DNA from: the human T2T-CHM13v2.0 reference genome, Homo sapiens
Assembly: GCF_009914755.1 (NCBI RefSeq)
Contig: NC_060926.1
Length of the DNA stretch: 64,000 bases
Direction: 5' to 3' (one strand)
Within the stretch, counting starts at the first letter, position 1; every line of letters starts with the position of its first letter. Shown here in pieces: positions 1 through 12,596 of the stretch. The position numbers and the translations under genes were made by a program. The notes below the pieces were generated by a model. That model searched no databases, was not told where the DNA came from, and worked only from the letters and a program-made list of their open reading frames with translations.

Positions 1-229
<229 letters not shown>

Positions 230-320
230 TTAAATTTAAAAGAGTAAGTTTCCCCAGCACTGTTTCTGGCATGATATAATTAAATGATTAAAATTATTTG
301 ATTTTTTTTTCTTCCAATAG

Positions 321-438
321 AAACTAAATAGCAGTAAGTCAGCATCCCGTCATCGTTGGCCCACAGAGAATTATGGACCAGACTCGGTGCCTGATGGATA
401 TCAGGGGTCACAGACATTTCATGGGGCTCCACTAACAG
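321..438 (+). CDS. RGPD1: RGPD exon (RANBP2 exon-18 homolog) KLNSSKSASRHRWPTENYGPDSVPDGYQGSQTFHGAPLT
   Basis: ttccaatag|AAACTA acceptor, ACAG|gtgagc donor, 118 nt; translation matches RANBP2. Confidence 0.92.
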
Positions 439-1574
439 GTGAGCTGGCAAGTGCATAATCGCATATTTTAGTAAAACTACTTTACTTCCCTCTTTTAAGT
501 AGATAACGTGTGAAATCACCTTGTTTATATATGTTTGTTAATATACATGTCAACGTCTGTTTATATGTGACTTCAAAAGCTGTATTTGGTGTTACGGAGA
601 TTTTTATAATCCCAAGCAGAAAAAACGAGCCGTATGTGATCACGTGTATATAAAGGCTTAAAGAACACTTAATCCACACCTCAGATGAGCTGAGATGAGA
701 TTATTCCTTAAATTGAAAAATGTTATTGAATAGAGTTATGCACTAAGAAATGCTTAATTAAGAACCTACACCTCTGGGGAATTATTTTGATGATAATGAT
801 GAGAGGCAGGACGTTATATAGGAAATCTTACTTAATTTGAAATATTATGGTTATATAAAGAAAGAAAAGGAGTTTGGACCTGAATCATACAGGGTTTTTA
901 AGTTCTGCTCTATCACTTACTATAATAGCTGTGTAAGTTAACCTGTCTGAAATGTGGAGATAATACTTGCCTTACATAATTACTATGAGCATTTGTGTAT
1001 GTGCAGGTGGGCGTGGGTGTGTATCAGACATTTATTAGAGTATACAGTAAACAGTTAATGAACTAAGGTTACTAATAGTGTTTACTGTGGGTTGGCTGTG
1101 TGCAAAAGTGCTTTGTGAATGTAATTTGATTTAATTACAGTAACTTAGAATGGCCGGTACCATTATTAATCCCTTTTTTATAAATAAGGAAATGGATAAA
1201 GAAAGGTTAGGTAACTTACTCATTATTATACAGCTAGTTATTGATAGAGCCGAGATTCACACTCCAGTGGTGTAACTCCAAAGCACTTGCCAGTATAATA
1301 CATTGCTCCCAGGCAGCCAGAAATAAAAAAATTGTTCCTTTTACGTACGACAGACTTCTGAAATGGTAGTAGTAGTGCCCTTTTTTTTTTCTCTTTTTAG
1401 CCCAGGAAAGATTTAGAATAAAATCTAGTTTAGATGAGCACATTTGTGTGATGGTTCCTATAGTTAAGGCAACCCCACTAGCCTTTTGTGATAGTATCTT
1501 CTCAACACAAGCAAAATAACAGAAAATCTTTGTGAAGTCAAGCTTATTAAATGTCGTAAGTCATAGATAAGTAT

Positions 1575-2865
1575 ATGAAACGTCTAACGTTCAAACCTTG
1601 TTTTCTTAAAACCTTACACATCATATAGGTCCTTGTAAGAGGATAAACAAACCGGCTAGCCTTTCCTGGGGCTTTTTTAGTGACGTGTGCAGTCAGTTAT
1701 TTGGTGCCTTGTGGGTCATGATCTCCATTTCTTCTGTGTACAGGCATAAAAGGTCTTCTGTTCTTATACAAGCATGTAAATCCAACATTCTCATTGTCTC
1801 ATTTTATTCTTGCAATGACCCTGTGAAATGTGTAGAAGCAGCATATCCTCATTTTACAATTGAGAAACATGGAGACTCCAAATGGATTATTTACAGGTTC
1901 ACAAAACAGCTTTGTGGCACTGAAAGGGCGAGAGCAAAGATCTCCTGATTTCTGTTCCTGTGTTCATAGATTCTTTTTCCTTAATAAAAGTAAACATATA
2001 TCAAGATGGTCCTTGTTTTTTTAAAATAAGATGATTAAAATTAAAGATTAATGAGCTCATAGGAGATACTCAGAAGTACTGAACAGGGTGAAGAAAACTA
2101 AAAACTAACCACCTTATTAACATTTCTTATATTTGAGAGCATTTCCTTCTGGTTCTTTCTCTATACATATAGTATTTTTTATGAGATTGTTACCATGTTA
2201 CTATGTTGTGTGTAGATGAGCTAGCCTGTTTTTTAAATGTTACTTTAGTTCTGAGCATTTTTAAACTTAAATGTTTTTTGAATATTAATGAGTTCATGGT
2301 GTCCCATCACATGGAAGTACTGTAAATTCTGTTCCTTTATTTATGTTGTTTCTGGTTTATGCCATTACAAATTCTAGGACACTGTCCTAGTTTTGTAGGG
2401 TATTCAAAATATTCAGTTTATGCTCTTACCACTAGTATCTGATAGTGCCATTTTCGCACTTTTGCTAATGCTGACTTACTAGTTTATAAAATCCTTTGCC
2501 AATTTGTAGGAACAAAAGTTATATCAATTTTTAAGTTTTTTTAATACTAGTCATGCTCAACAATTCATGCAAATGGCAGTTGGTAGTTTTGCCATCTTCA
2601 ACGTGGGTACCTTCCAGTTGTTTGGTTTCTTGGTAAAACTCACACAAAACAGATGGAGAAGAGTTTTTGTATATCAACATGAATGTTAATGTGATTTTTT
2701 TAAAGCCAACGAACACATTTGTGTTCCTTGTGAGATCCTGTGCATGAATTTGTCAGGTAATTTTTTTGACTTGAACATTCTCATAATAGCTTCAATTTGC
2801 ACAATGCAACCTTGTCATTTTGCAGATTTTCAAGGCTCACTTCAAAAACATGTTCCTTGAGGCCT
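1575..2865 (-). pseudogene. Ancient RPS3A-like processed pseudogene copy A (pieces ~2560-2865 and ~1575-1762, split by MIR and old LINE sequence)
   Basis: Reverse strand reads FEVSLENLQNDKVA (2805-2846); the 1575-1762 piece resembles RPS3A KTSYA..KKMMEIMT..EKACQSIYPL. Confidence 0.7.
1775..1955 (-). mobile_element. MIR
   Basis: Core cctcattttacaattgagaaac. Confidence 0.65.
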
Positions 2866-2999
2866 ATTAACATTTCTTTCCTAAATTGTCTATTCATATG
2901 GTGCTTTAAAAAATTAGATTACTTTTAGTATATTTATTAGAGCCTCACAGTTTAGAGTCAGTAGTCAATTAAAGTCCCTACTTAAACTTCAGACTAAGA

Positions 3000-3775
3000 T
3001 TTTTTTTTTATTTAATATTTTATTTTTTCTTTTTGCTTTCATGCAGACAGACATTTTGCAAGACTTTAAGATTCTTGGGCCATTTCTGTCAGGTTGTTCT
3101 GCGTTCTGTGCCTGCTTCCTCCCCATAGTAATTTCAAAATAGTTATTCTCACCTCTGTAAGGTTTCCAAAATCAAACTTGGGCTTCTGGCTAGCCTTTTC
3201 TAGGTCTTGATTTTTCAGTGCTTTCCAGAGGCAATTGTTTGGAACCTCTTGGCACAGTTTCTGTTTCTTCTTCCATGTACAGGCATAAAAGGTCTTTTGG
3301 TTGTTTTCTGGTAAAACTATCATAAAACAGTTCAAGCAAATGACTATTGGTAGTGTTGTCATTAACATGGGTGCCTTCTAGTCGTTTTGTTTCCTGGTAA
3401 AACAGACCAAACAGAGGGAGCAGACAGTTTGTACATCTGTATGAGTGTTGATGTGCTTTTTATTTTAAGCCAGGGAACACATTTTATGTTATTTATGACA
3501 TCCTTTCCATGAATTTGTCAGGTGATTTTTGAGCTGAACATTCTCAGTAATAGCTTTAGTTTACAAAATACAACCTAGTCTTTCTGCAGATTTTCTAGGC
3601 CCACTTCAAATGCATTGACCATCAGATGGCATCTTGGTTCCTTACGTCCTTTCTGTGACTGAATGTCCATAATTCCACATCATACTGATCTTTCTTAGAA
3701 AAGGCAACAGTTACTTTCTCCTTTATTCCTTTTTTAATGCTTGTGAGGTAGTTCTTGTTGATCACAGCGATGCTA
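3000..3775 (-). pseudogene. Ancient near-full-length RPS3A-like processed pseudogene copy B with A-rich tail
   Basis: Reverse strand reads FSKKDQYDV (3676-3702), GTKMPSDG (3618-3641), HVNDNTTNSHLLELF, DLEKASQ, KPKFDFGNL and QES*; poly(A) remnant at 3000-3035. Confidence 0.8.
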
Positions 3776-3990
3776 TTCTCTTATTCTTCATGTCATATTT
3801 AGCAATTTTTTTCTAGTTTGTCATTTGATAATCTTGATTGGTATATTTTGATGTACAGAAATTTAAAATTTATGTAGTTAAATCTTTCTTTAATTTCTAT
3901 TGCTTTTGTATTTATAGCTCTTGCCTAGATAGTCTTAACTGTAGTATAGACTTTAACAGTGTTTTCTTTCTTTTCTTTTTTTTTTTTTAG

Positions 3991-4085
3991 TTGCAACTAC
4001 TGGCCCTTCAGTATATTATAGTCAGTCACCAGCATATAATTCCCAGTATCTTCTCAGACCAGCAGCTAATGTTACTCCCACAAAG
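3991..4085 (+). CDS. RGPD1: RGPD exon (RANBP2 exon-19 homolog) VATTGPSVYYSQSPAYNSQYLLRPAANVTPTK
   Basis: Long poly-T tract plus ag acceptor, AAAG|gtaac donor, 95 nt, phase 1 to 0. Confidence 0.95.
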
Positions 4086-4429
4086 GTAACAAAGGAATAA
4101 TTTATACATTTATAATTATTTTCTTTTTAAATTGTTTAGGGTTCCTTCAAATAAATTCAAGAGAGCAGTTCACTATTAAAACTTTTATGTCCCTTAAAAT
4201 GTAGATATTTTAAATTTATCTCCAAATACAGAAATTATCCTTCTTAGTCACCTTATTTTTGTGTTAATAAGTGTGAATATTTAGAATATTTTAAAAATGG
4301 GAGTGGTGGTGGTGGATCCTTCATCGTTCTGTTTTAACAGAAATAGAACTGTAATGCCCTTGCTGACCCACTATGTGGTAAGTACTTTCAGGCCTGATAC
4401 AGCTATATATATAACAATTGATTGAAGAC

Positions 4430-4685
4430 TCAATATTACAGTGGTAGTTGAATGTGACAGCTTTGAGGACAGAGTGTTGGGGTGCATTTAGACCCTTGTT
4501 CTTCTGCTTATTTTGACCACAGGCAAGTTTCTTAACCTCTCAATGCATCAGTTGCCTCATATGTGAAATGAGGGTAATAATAATACCTTAATTCATAGGG
4601 TTTTTGAGGATATTAAAATGAGATAATAATGTAAAGTGCTTAGAACAGTGCCCAGCTGGCACATTAATAAATGCTCAATAAATGT
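4430..4685 (+). mobile_element. MIR followed by (ATC)n
   Basis: ggcaagtttcttaacctctc...cctcatatgtgaaatgagg...aaatgctcaataaatg. Confidence 0.8.
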
Positions 4686-4812
4686 TATCATCATCATCAT
4701 CATCATTATTGTTAACATCATTTGATAAATTGTTTAGGAATGAAGAAGGTATTTATTTCATGACTATTTTGGGCATGTGGATCAAGAAAATTCACCTTCA
4801 TTTATGTTTCAG

Positions 4813-7036
4813 GGTTCTTCTAATACAGAGTTTAAGTCAACCAAAGAAGGATTTTCCATCGCTGTGTCTGCTGATGGATTTAAATTTGGCATTTTGGAAC
4901 CAGGAAATCAAGAAAAGAAAAGTGAAAAGCCTCTTGAAAATGATACTGGCTTCCAGGCTCAGGATATTAGTGGCCAGAAGAATGGCCGTGGTGTGATTTT
5001 TGGCCAAACAAGTAGCACTTTTACATTTGCAGATGTTGCAAAATCAACTTCAGGAGAAGGATTTCAGTTTGGCAAAAAAGACCCCAATTTCAAGGGATTT
5101 TCAGGTGCTGGAGAAAAATTATTCTCATCACAATGCGGTAAAATGGCCAATAAAGCAAACACTTCCGGTGACTTTGAGAAAGATGATGATGCCTGTAAGA
5201 CTGAGGACAGCGATGACATCCATTTTGAACCAGTAGTTCAAATGCCTGAAAAAGTAGAACTTGTAACAGGAGAAGAAGGTGAAAAAGTTCTGTATTCACA
5301 GGGGGTAAAACTATTTAGATTTGATGCTGAGATAAGTCAGTGGAAAGAAAGGGGCTTGGGGAACTTAAAAATTCTCAAAAATGAGGTCAATGGCAAACCA
5401 AGAATGCTGATGCGAAGAGACCAAGTACTAAAAGTGTGTGCTAATCATTGGATAACAACTACAATGAACCTGAAGCCCCTCTCTGGATCGGATAGAGCAT
5501 GGATGTGGTTAGCCAGTGATTTCTCTGATGGTGATGCCAAACTAGAGCGGTTGGCAGCACAATTTAAAACACCAGAGCTGGCTGAAGAATTCAAGCAGAA
5601 ATTTGAGGAATGCCAGCGGCTTCTGTTAGACATACCACTTCAAACTCCCCATAAACTTGTAGATACTGGCAGAGCTGCCAAGCTAATACAGAGAGCTGAA
5701 GAAATGAAGAGTGGACTGAAAGATTTCAAAACGTTTTTGACAAATGATCAAACAAAAGTCACTGAGGAAGAAAATAAGGGTTCAGGTACAGGTGCAGCCG
5801 GTGCCTCAGACACAACAATAAAACCCAATCCTGAAAACACTGGGCCCACATTAGAATGGGATAACTATGATTTAAGGGAAGATGCTTTGGATGATAATGT
5901 TAGTAGTAGCTCAGTACATGATTCTCCGTTGGCAAGTAGCCCTGTGAGAAAAAATATTTTCCGCTTTGATGAGTCAACAACAGGATTTAACTTCAGTTTT
6001 AAATCTGCTTTGAGTCTATCTAAGTCTCCTGCCAAGTTGAATCAGAGTGGGACTTCAGTTGGCACTGATGAAGAATCTGATGTTACTCAAGAAGAAGAGA
6101 GAGATGGACAGTACTTTGAACCTGTTGTTCCTTTACCTGATCTAGTTGAAGTATCCAGTGGTGAGGAAAATGAACAAGTTGTTTTTAGTCACAGGGCAGA
6201 ACTCTACAGATATGATAAAGATGTTGGTCAATGGAAAGAAAGGGGCATTGGTGATATAAAGATTTTACAGAATTATGATAATAAGCAAGTTCGTATAGTG
6301 ATGAGAAGGGACCAAGTATTAAAACTTTGTGCCAATCACAGAATAACTCCAGACATGAGTTTGCAAAATATGAAAGGGACAGAAAGAGTATGGGTGTGGA
6401 CTGCATGTGATTTTGCAGATGGAGAAAGAAAAGTAGAGCATTTAGCTGTTCGTTTTAAACTACAGGATGTTGCAGACTCATTTAAGAAAATTTTTGATGA
6501 AGCAAAAACAGCCCAGGAAAAAGATTCTTTGATAACACCTCATGTTTCTCGGTCAAGCACTCCCAGAGAGTCACCATGTGGCAAAATTGCTGTAGCTGTA
6601 TTAGAAGAAACCACAAGAGAGAGGACAGATGTTATTCAGGGTGATGATGTAGCAGATGCAGCTTCAGAAGTTGAAGTGTCTAGCACATCTGAAACAACAA
6701 CAAAAGCAGTGGTTTCTCCTCCAAAGTTTGTATTTGGTTCAGAGTCTGTTAAAAGAATTTTTAGTAGTGAAAAATCAAACCCATTTGCATTTGGCAACAG
6801 TTCTGCCACTGGGTCTTTGTTTGGATTTAGTTTTAATGCACCTTTGAAAAGTAACGATAGTGAAACTAGTTCAGTAGCCCAGAGTGGATCTGAAAGCAAA
6901 GTGGAACCTAAAAAATGTGAACTGTCAAAGAACTCTGATATCGAACAGTCTTCAGATAGCAAAGTCAAAAATCTCTCTGCTTCCTTTCCAACGGAAGAAT
7001 CTTCAATCAACTACACATTTAAAACACCAGAAAAGG
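4813..7036 (+). CDS. RGPD1: Large RGPD exon (3' part of RANBP2 exon 20): FG repeats, two RanBP1-type Ran-binding domains, LEWD kinesin-binding linker
   Basis: ORF 4777-7083 has two WKERG...CANH domains. tttcag|GGTTCT acceptor is in frame with the previous exon; AAGG|gtaggt donor. Confidence 0.95.
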
Positions 7037-7382
7037 GTAGGTACTTTGTTGTTAAAGTTAAGCACAATTTTTCTTTCTTTTAATGTTTAGCTTGATGCAG
7101 ACTCTTTGTGGGATACTAATGTTGGGATATAAACGATGCTTTGTGAACACCCCCAAAATATTTGAGCAATTTTTTTTCTCCCTTAATAAGTTCACGGTGA
7201 GGTTTCAAAGAGCAAGAGAACTTAGTTAAAGACATTTCAGTAACTGGAAGATACTTCTATCATGCTAGGGCAGAGCAAAAGAACTTGGTACAGTGTACGG
7301 ACTCATGCTTGAATCATGCGCATTAACGTGAGTCTTTTTTTAAAGTGTTCATTTTCATTTGTTGTGTTTCTTTTGTCACTCA

Positions 7383-7722
<340 letters not shown>

Positions 7723-7931
7723 CATGATATTGAGATGTTCTCATTTTATGTGTTGTATGTCAGTCTTGCTCATGTATTAAATGAGCAAAGAATGAAACTA
7801 CAGGGATAAATGAATATGTAAGACAGTCAGATTGGTGGTATAAATTGAGGGATTCTGGCTTTTTATGTTTTAAAAGCATATTCATTTTGTTTCCTAAAAT
7901 GTTAAAAAATGAAATATTCTTTATTTTCTAG

Positions 7932-8009
7932 GATTTAATTTTAGCCTTTTTAAATCTAATCCCATGGCCTTTTGGACTAGCACCCCTTCCTCACAGCCTG
8001 AGAGCAAAG
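7932..8009 (+). CDS. Probable alternative 78-nt cassette exon GFNFSLFKSNPMAFWTSTPSSQPESK
   Basis: ttttctag acceptor, AAAG|gtatag donor, phase 1-1, open frame, FxF nucleoporin-like peptide. Confidence 0.65.
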
Positions 8010-9145
8010 GTATAGAACTAGCATTCTCAGTATGAGATAACAGCAGTTTTTAGCAGCTGGTAGCCCTTAGGAAAGTATTAATAACTGTGGCTGTATGAAA
8101 TGAAGTACTTACCACTACAACATGAATGTTAAAGAATGCCAGTTTAAGCAAAGTACCTTTTGACTGGTGGCATGACACCCTTGTTGGTTTGTTTTTTAAA
8201 ATGTACTGGGATGCTGATTTGTAATGTACTTCATTGCTCTGCTATTTCAGGTCTGCTCAGTGAAGACCTATGTTTTATCTAATGTTTATCTTTAGCCACT
8301 AACGTCTGCCAGTATTCACATGTAGTGGCAACGGCATGTATACAGTATGGAAGAGTGTCCCTGTAGGGCTGTTCTTTTGTGCATGGTTTAGAAAAATGTT
8401 GTATTTGAAAATGGACCCCATTTTTAACAGCCAGCATTCTACAGCTTGCATATTATATATGTTGCACAGATCATTTTTAGAAGTGTGGCTACTAGAGTGG
8501 AACAAGAAGTGGGATCTGTTGAAGGCCTTCAAGAACAGGTTAGGGAAGTGAAACCTCACCCTTAGTGACCAGTAACACATCTTAGCCATGCCAAACAAGT
8601 ACAATGATAAAATAACAATCTCTGATTTTTTTTTAAGTATACCAGTTTTATTACCAGCTAAGGTAGCTCTTAATCTTTTATTTTAAAGATACGGTCTTTG
8701 AGAAATGTGAAAAGTGTTAACTTAAAAGTGGATGTATACTTGCGTACAGTTTCTGTGAGCTCTAGGTTAGGAATCCCTGACCTAAGAACGAATGTGCCTA
8801 TACACTACTGTAGAACATAGAGCCTTATTCTGTTTTGAATCTGATAATGTCATTGTCCCAAGGGACCTTAGAAATGAAGACTTTAGACATGAGTAAACTG
8901 AGGCCAAGAGAGGCTATCTGATTTACCCAAGAGGTCTTTACTGAGTAATAGCAGAAGTGGAACAAGAATCTGTATCTTACGGTGTACTGTTATTTCTCCT
9001 AGCTAGGAAATGATACTAGGTTTTCGTTTATAATGAAGGAGAGGGACAAATTTAACATTGTAAAAGGAAGGGCACTGGTTCTGCAGAGCAGTGTCATCCA
9101 ATAGAAATAAAATATAACCTGTGTATGTAATTTAAAATTGTCATT

Positions 9146-9312
9146 TGGTGCAATGGCTTGTGCCTATAATCCCAGTTACTTGGGAGGCTGAGGCAGAGGG
9201 ATCACTTGAGCCCACAAGTTCCAGGCTTCAGTGAACTATGATCACATCACTGCACTCCAGCTCTGGGTGACAAAGCAAGACCGCATCTCAAATAAATACA
9301 TAAATAAATAAA
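9146..9312 (+). mobile_element. Alu monomer (FRAM-like) inside a MER3/MER33-like DNA element
   Basis: Single Alu arm with (AAAT)n tail. Confidence 0.75.
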
Positions 9313-10389
9313 TTTTCTAGTAGCCATATTAAAAAGAATAAAAAGAAACAGTTAAAAAGGGAAACAGATGAAAGTAACTTTATCGATAGATTTGATTTAA
9401 CTCATTATGTCCAAAATATCATTTTAACTTCTAATTAATATAAAAATTAATGATATTTTACATTATTGTTTTTCACCAAGTCTTCAAAATCCAGTGTGTG
9501 TGTTTACACTTACTGTTAGCATGTCTTGATTTGGACTAGCCACCTTGTGAGGTTTTAATAGAATGTGGCTAGGCTACCATATTGGACACCATAGCTCTCA
9601 GAATGTTTCCCTGTCACCAGTTGGTATACATGGCATGCTTCATAACTGGCTTACTTTATTAAACTCCTTTAGCCAGAAGTTGTTCTTTACATTAATAGAT
9701 CAGAACAGGTTGCATATAGAAGTTTTTTCTGTTTCTAATTTTTTGCCCTTTGCATTGATGGTGGCTGGGGATGGGTTGTTTTCAGCCATATGAATGGTCT
9801 TAGATTTTATAGTGTTAGCTACCCATAGAGTAACAGTTTTTATTTAATTTTATCTAGTATCATGCTTGAACACAGGCAAACTAGATGCAACTCTAGTCAC
9901 CTTCCATTCTTGGCAATTGTTAACTTTCCTTACAGGAACTAATCACAGTTGGCTTTGGATTAGTTTCATATGTATACTAATACTTGCTTATGTTTTAAGA
10001 TTTTTTTCAATTGCTGCAAATGCATGGATATTTTGGTAAACTATTGTATGCTAAGTATAGTTAGGCAACACTTTAAAATTTTTAACCTTTTTAAATTCTA
10101 GAAATTTGTAGTAATTCTTTTCAATGACTATTAAGTAAACACAAGATTTTTTTGTTTTCTTTGGTTTTAAATAGATTCTGTGTTCACTTAGGGTTTTTGG
10201 TAGAAAACTAAATCAGGATGCTAATTCTAATTCATGATTATCGTACATCTCTGCATCAAAGTATATGTGTTTTTTATCAGTATGCTGTTTTAACCTATAG
10301 ATAGGTTCCATGGTTTTTATTTTCAGGTAGAGTATTAACGTCAATACTTAATACCTTATCTTTGTCAATTTTTTTGACTGGTGTTACAG

Positions 10390-10427
10390 CAAAAGAGAAG
10401 AAAAAACCTGAAGATTCTCCCTCAGAT
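10390..10427 (+). pseudogene. Truncated RANBP2 exon-21 remnant ([13 protein letters not shown]) ending at the fusion breakpoint
   Basis: gttacag| acceptor, RANBP2 peptide, then an abrupt switch into antisense Alu. Confidence 0.88.
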
Positions 10428-10511
10428 AGTCTCGGTCTCCTGACCTCGTGATCCACCCGCCTCGGCCTCCCAAAGTGCTGGGATTACAGGCATGAGCCAC
10501 TGCGCCTGGCT
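10428..10511 (-). mobile_element. Truncated Alu at the RANBP2/GCC2 junction
   Basis: ctcctgacctcgtgatccacccgcctcggcctcccaaagtgctggg. Confidence 0.9.
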
Positions 10512-11214
10512 GACACATGTCTTAATTCTGGTATTCACCAGATTTGTTTCGTGTTCTCCGTTGTTAGTCATCAAATTTGTCTACTTTTTAAATAGAAACA
10601 TTAGCTAGAGCAAGGAACTTAGAAACACTCAAGCAGCACTGAATGTGTAGAATTGCATAACCAATATAGCTTCTTTGCTTTCATATTTACAATTAGTTGG
10701 AGTTTTAGTTCAGCCGTACCCAGTATCTTCCATTCTGCTTCCAGGAAGAAATGGAAAAATGTCAGCCATGATGATGCAGTATTTTAGTAGCAAGTTGATG
10801 GTGTTTTGGTTTCCCATGGGAAATATTGTCACTGGAGCATTAGCAGCTATCGGTCACTTATTAGGGTAAAAAAGCAACTTCAGAAGAATTTAACATATGC
10901 CAAAGGATCAACAAAGGAAGTAATCAGCCAGGGCAAAGGTCGCACAAGAGATTGTAATCTAGCAATCAGCAGTGGAATAAGCAGTCAGCTTACCAGAAAC
11001 CCAGGAAAATGCTTTAGAAAGGGCAGTCAGGACTAAGGCAATTTAATGAAATGCAAAATAAATGAAATCTGAAGTTTAAAAATCTAGATTACAATTCTGG
11101 TTTCTAACTCAGTTATGAGACCTTGGGCAAAGTCATTAAATTTCTCTGAACTTCAGATTTTTGGGAGTCAATAAACCAATACATGTCAAAGGGCCCGATA
11201 AACTTTACAGTTTA

Positions 11215-11617
<403 letters not shown>

Positions 11618-11922
11618 TTAAGAAGCTGCAGAGGTAAAGGTATAAGGGCAGTGATTGAGGATGTCTACCAAGCAGATTTCGGCAAGTGTGTTTCAAGAAG
11701 TATGCCGCAATCTGAAATACCTAATCCTGAAAAATTGCTAGAATCTAGTCTTTTAATTTTGGCCAGTATTTAGCAGTAGTTTGGCCCTCTACTCTAAATT
11801 AATAAAAAATAAGTAGTACTATATTATGAGCTGTGTTATCTAACAGTTTATCTTAGCTAGTAGCAATTAATTTATAGCTGCTATTAAAATGACTAACGTA
11901 GTTAAAAGTTTGATGACTAAGT

Positions 11923-12226
11923 TTTTTTTTGTTTGTTTGTTTTTTTGAGCTGGAGTCTCGCTCTGTCGCCAGGCTGGAGTGCAGTGGCATGATCTTGGCT
12001 CACTGCAACCTCCGCCTCCTGGCTTCCAGCAATTCTCTGCCTCAGCCTCCCCAGCAGCTGGGATTACAGGCACCTGCCACCGTGCCTGGCTAATTTTTGT
12101 ATTTTTAGTAGAGATAGGGTTTCACCATCTTGGCGAGGCTGGTCTTGAACTTGCTGACCTCGTGATCCACCCACCTTAGCCTCCCAAACTGCTAGGATTA
12201 CAGATTTGAGCCACCACGCCTGGCCT
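11923..12226 (-). mobile_element. Alu
   Basis: Antisense dimer with poly-T head. Confidence 0.92.
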
Positions 12227-12400
12227 TGATGACTAAATTTTAGGAAATGTTTTAGCAATTCTTCATACACCTTTCACTTATAGTTACTTAATTCCTCTAC
12301 TCTTATCATTTGATATTTTCATTTTATTGTGTATCTCTGTAAGGCCGAATCAATAGATTTTGAACAATCTCACACTTAACCTTTAAAAAAAATCTAATAG

Positions 12401-12596
12401 GCCCAGTTTCCTCTCAGCAATCTTTGAAGAACCTTCGAGAAAGGAGAAACACAGACCTCCCGCTTCTAGACATGCACACTGTAACCCGGGAAGAGGGAGA
12501 AGGCATGGAGACAACTGATTACGGAGTCTGTGTCTTCCGCCAGCACATACACACAGTCTTTAGAGCAGCTGCTTAATTCTCCCGAAACTAAACTTG
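12401..12596 (+). pseudogene. GCC2-derived pseudo-exon (GPVSSQQSLKNLRERRNTDLPLLDMHTVTREEGEGMETTD/TESVSSASTYTQSLEQLLNSPETKL) with 1-nt frameshift
   Basis: GCC2 peptide split across two frames at GATT (12517-12520); weak donor gtctgt. Confidence 0.85.

Noticed and set aside
3066-3368. 100-aa minus-strand ORF as a novel protein
   Set aside because: It is a frameshifted remnant of the RPS3A-like retrocopy.
4777-7083. 768-aa ORF as a stand-alone gene
   Set aside because: It starts at an internal GTG and runs into the intron; it is one exon (4813-7036) of a spliced gene.
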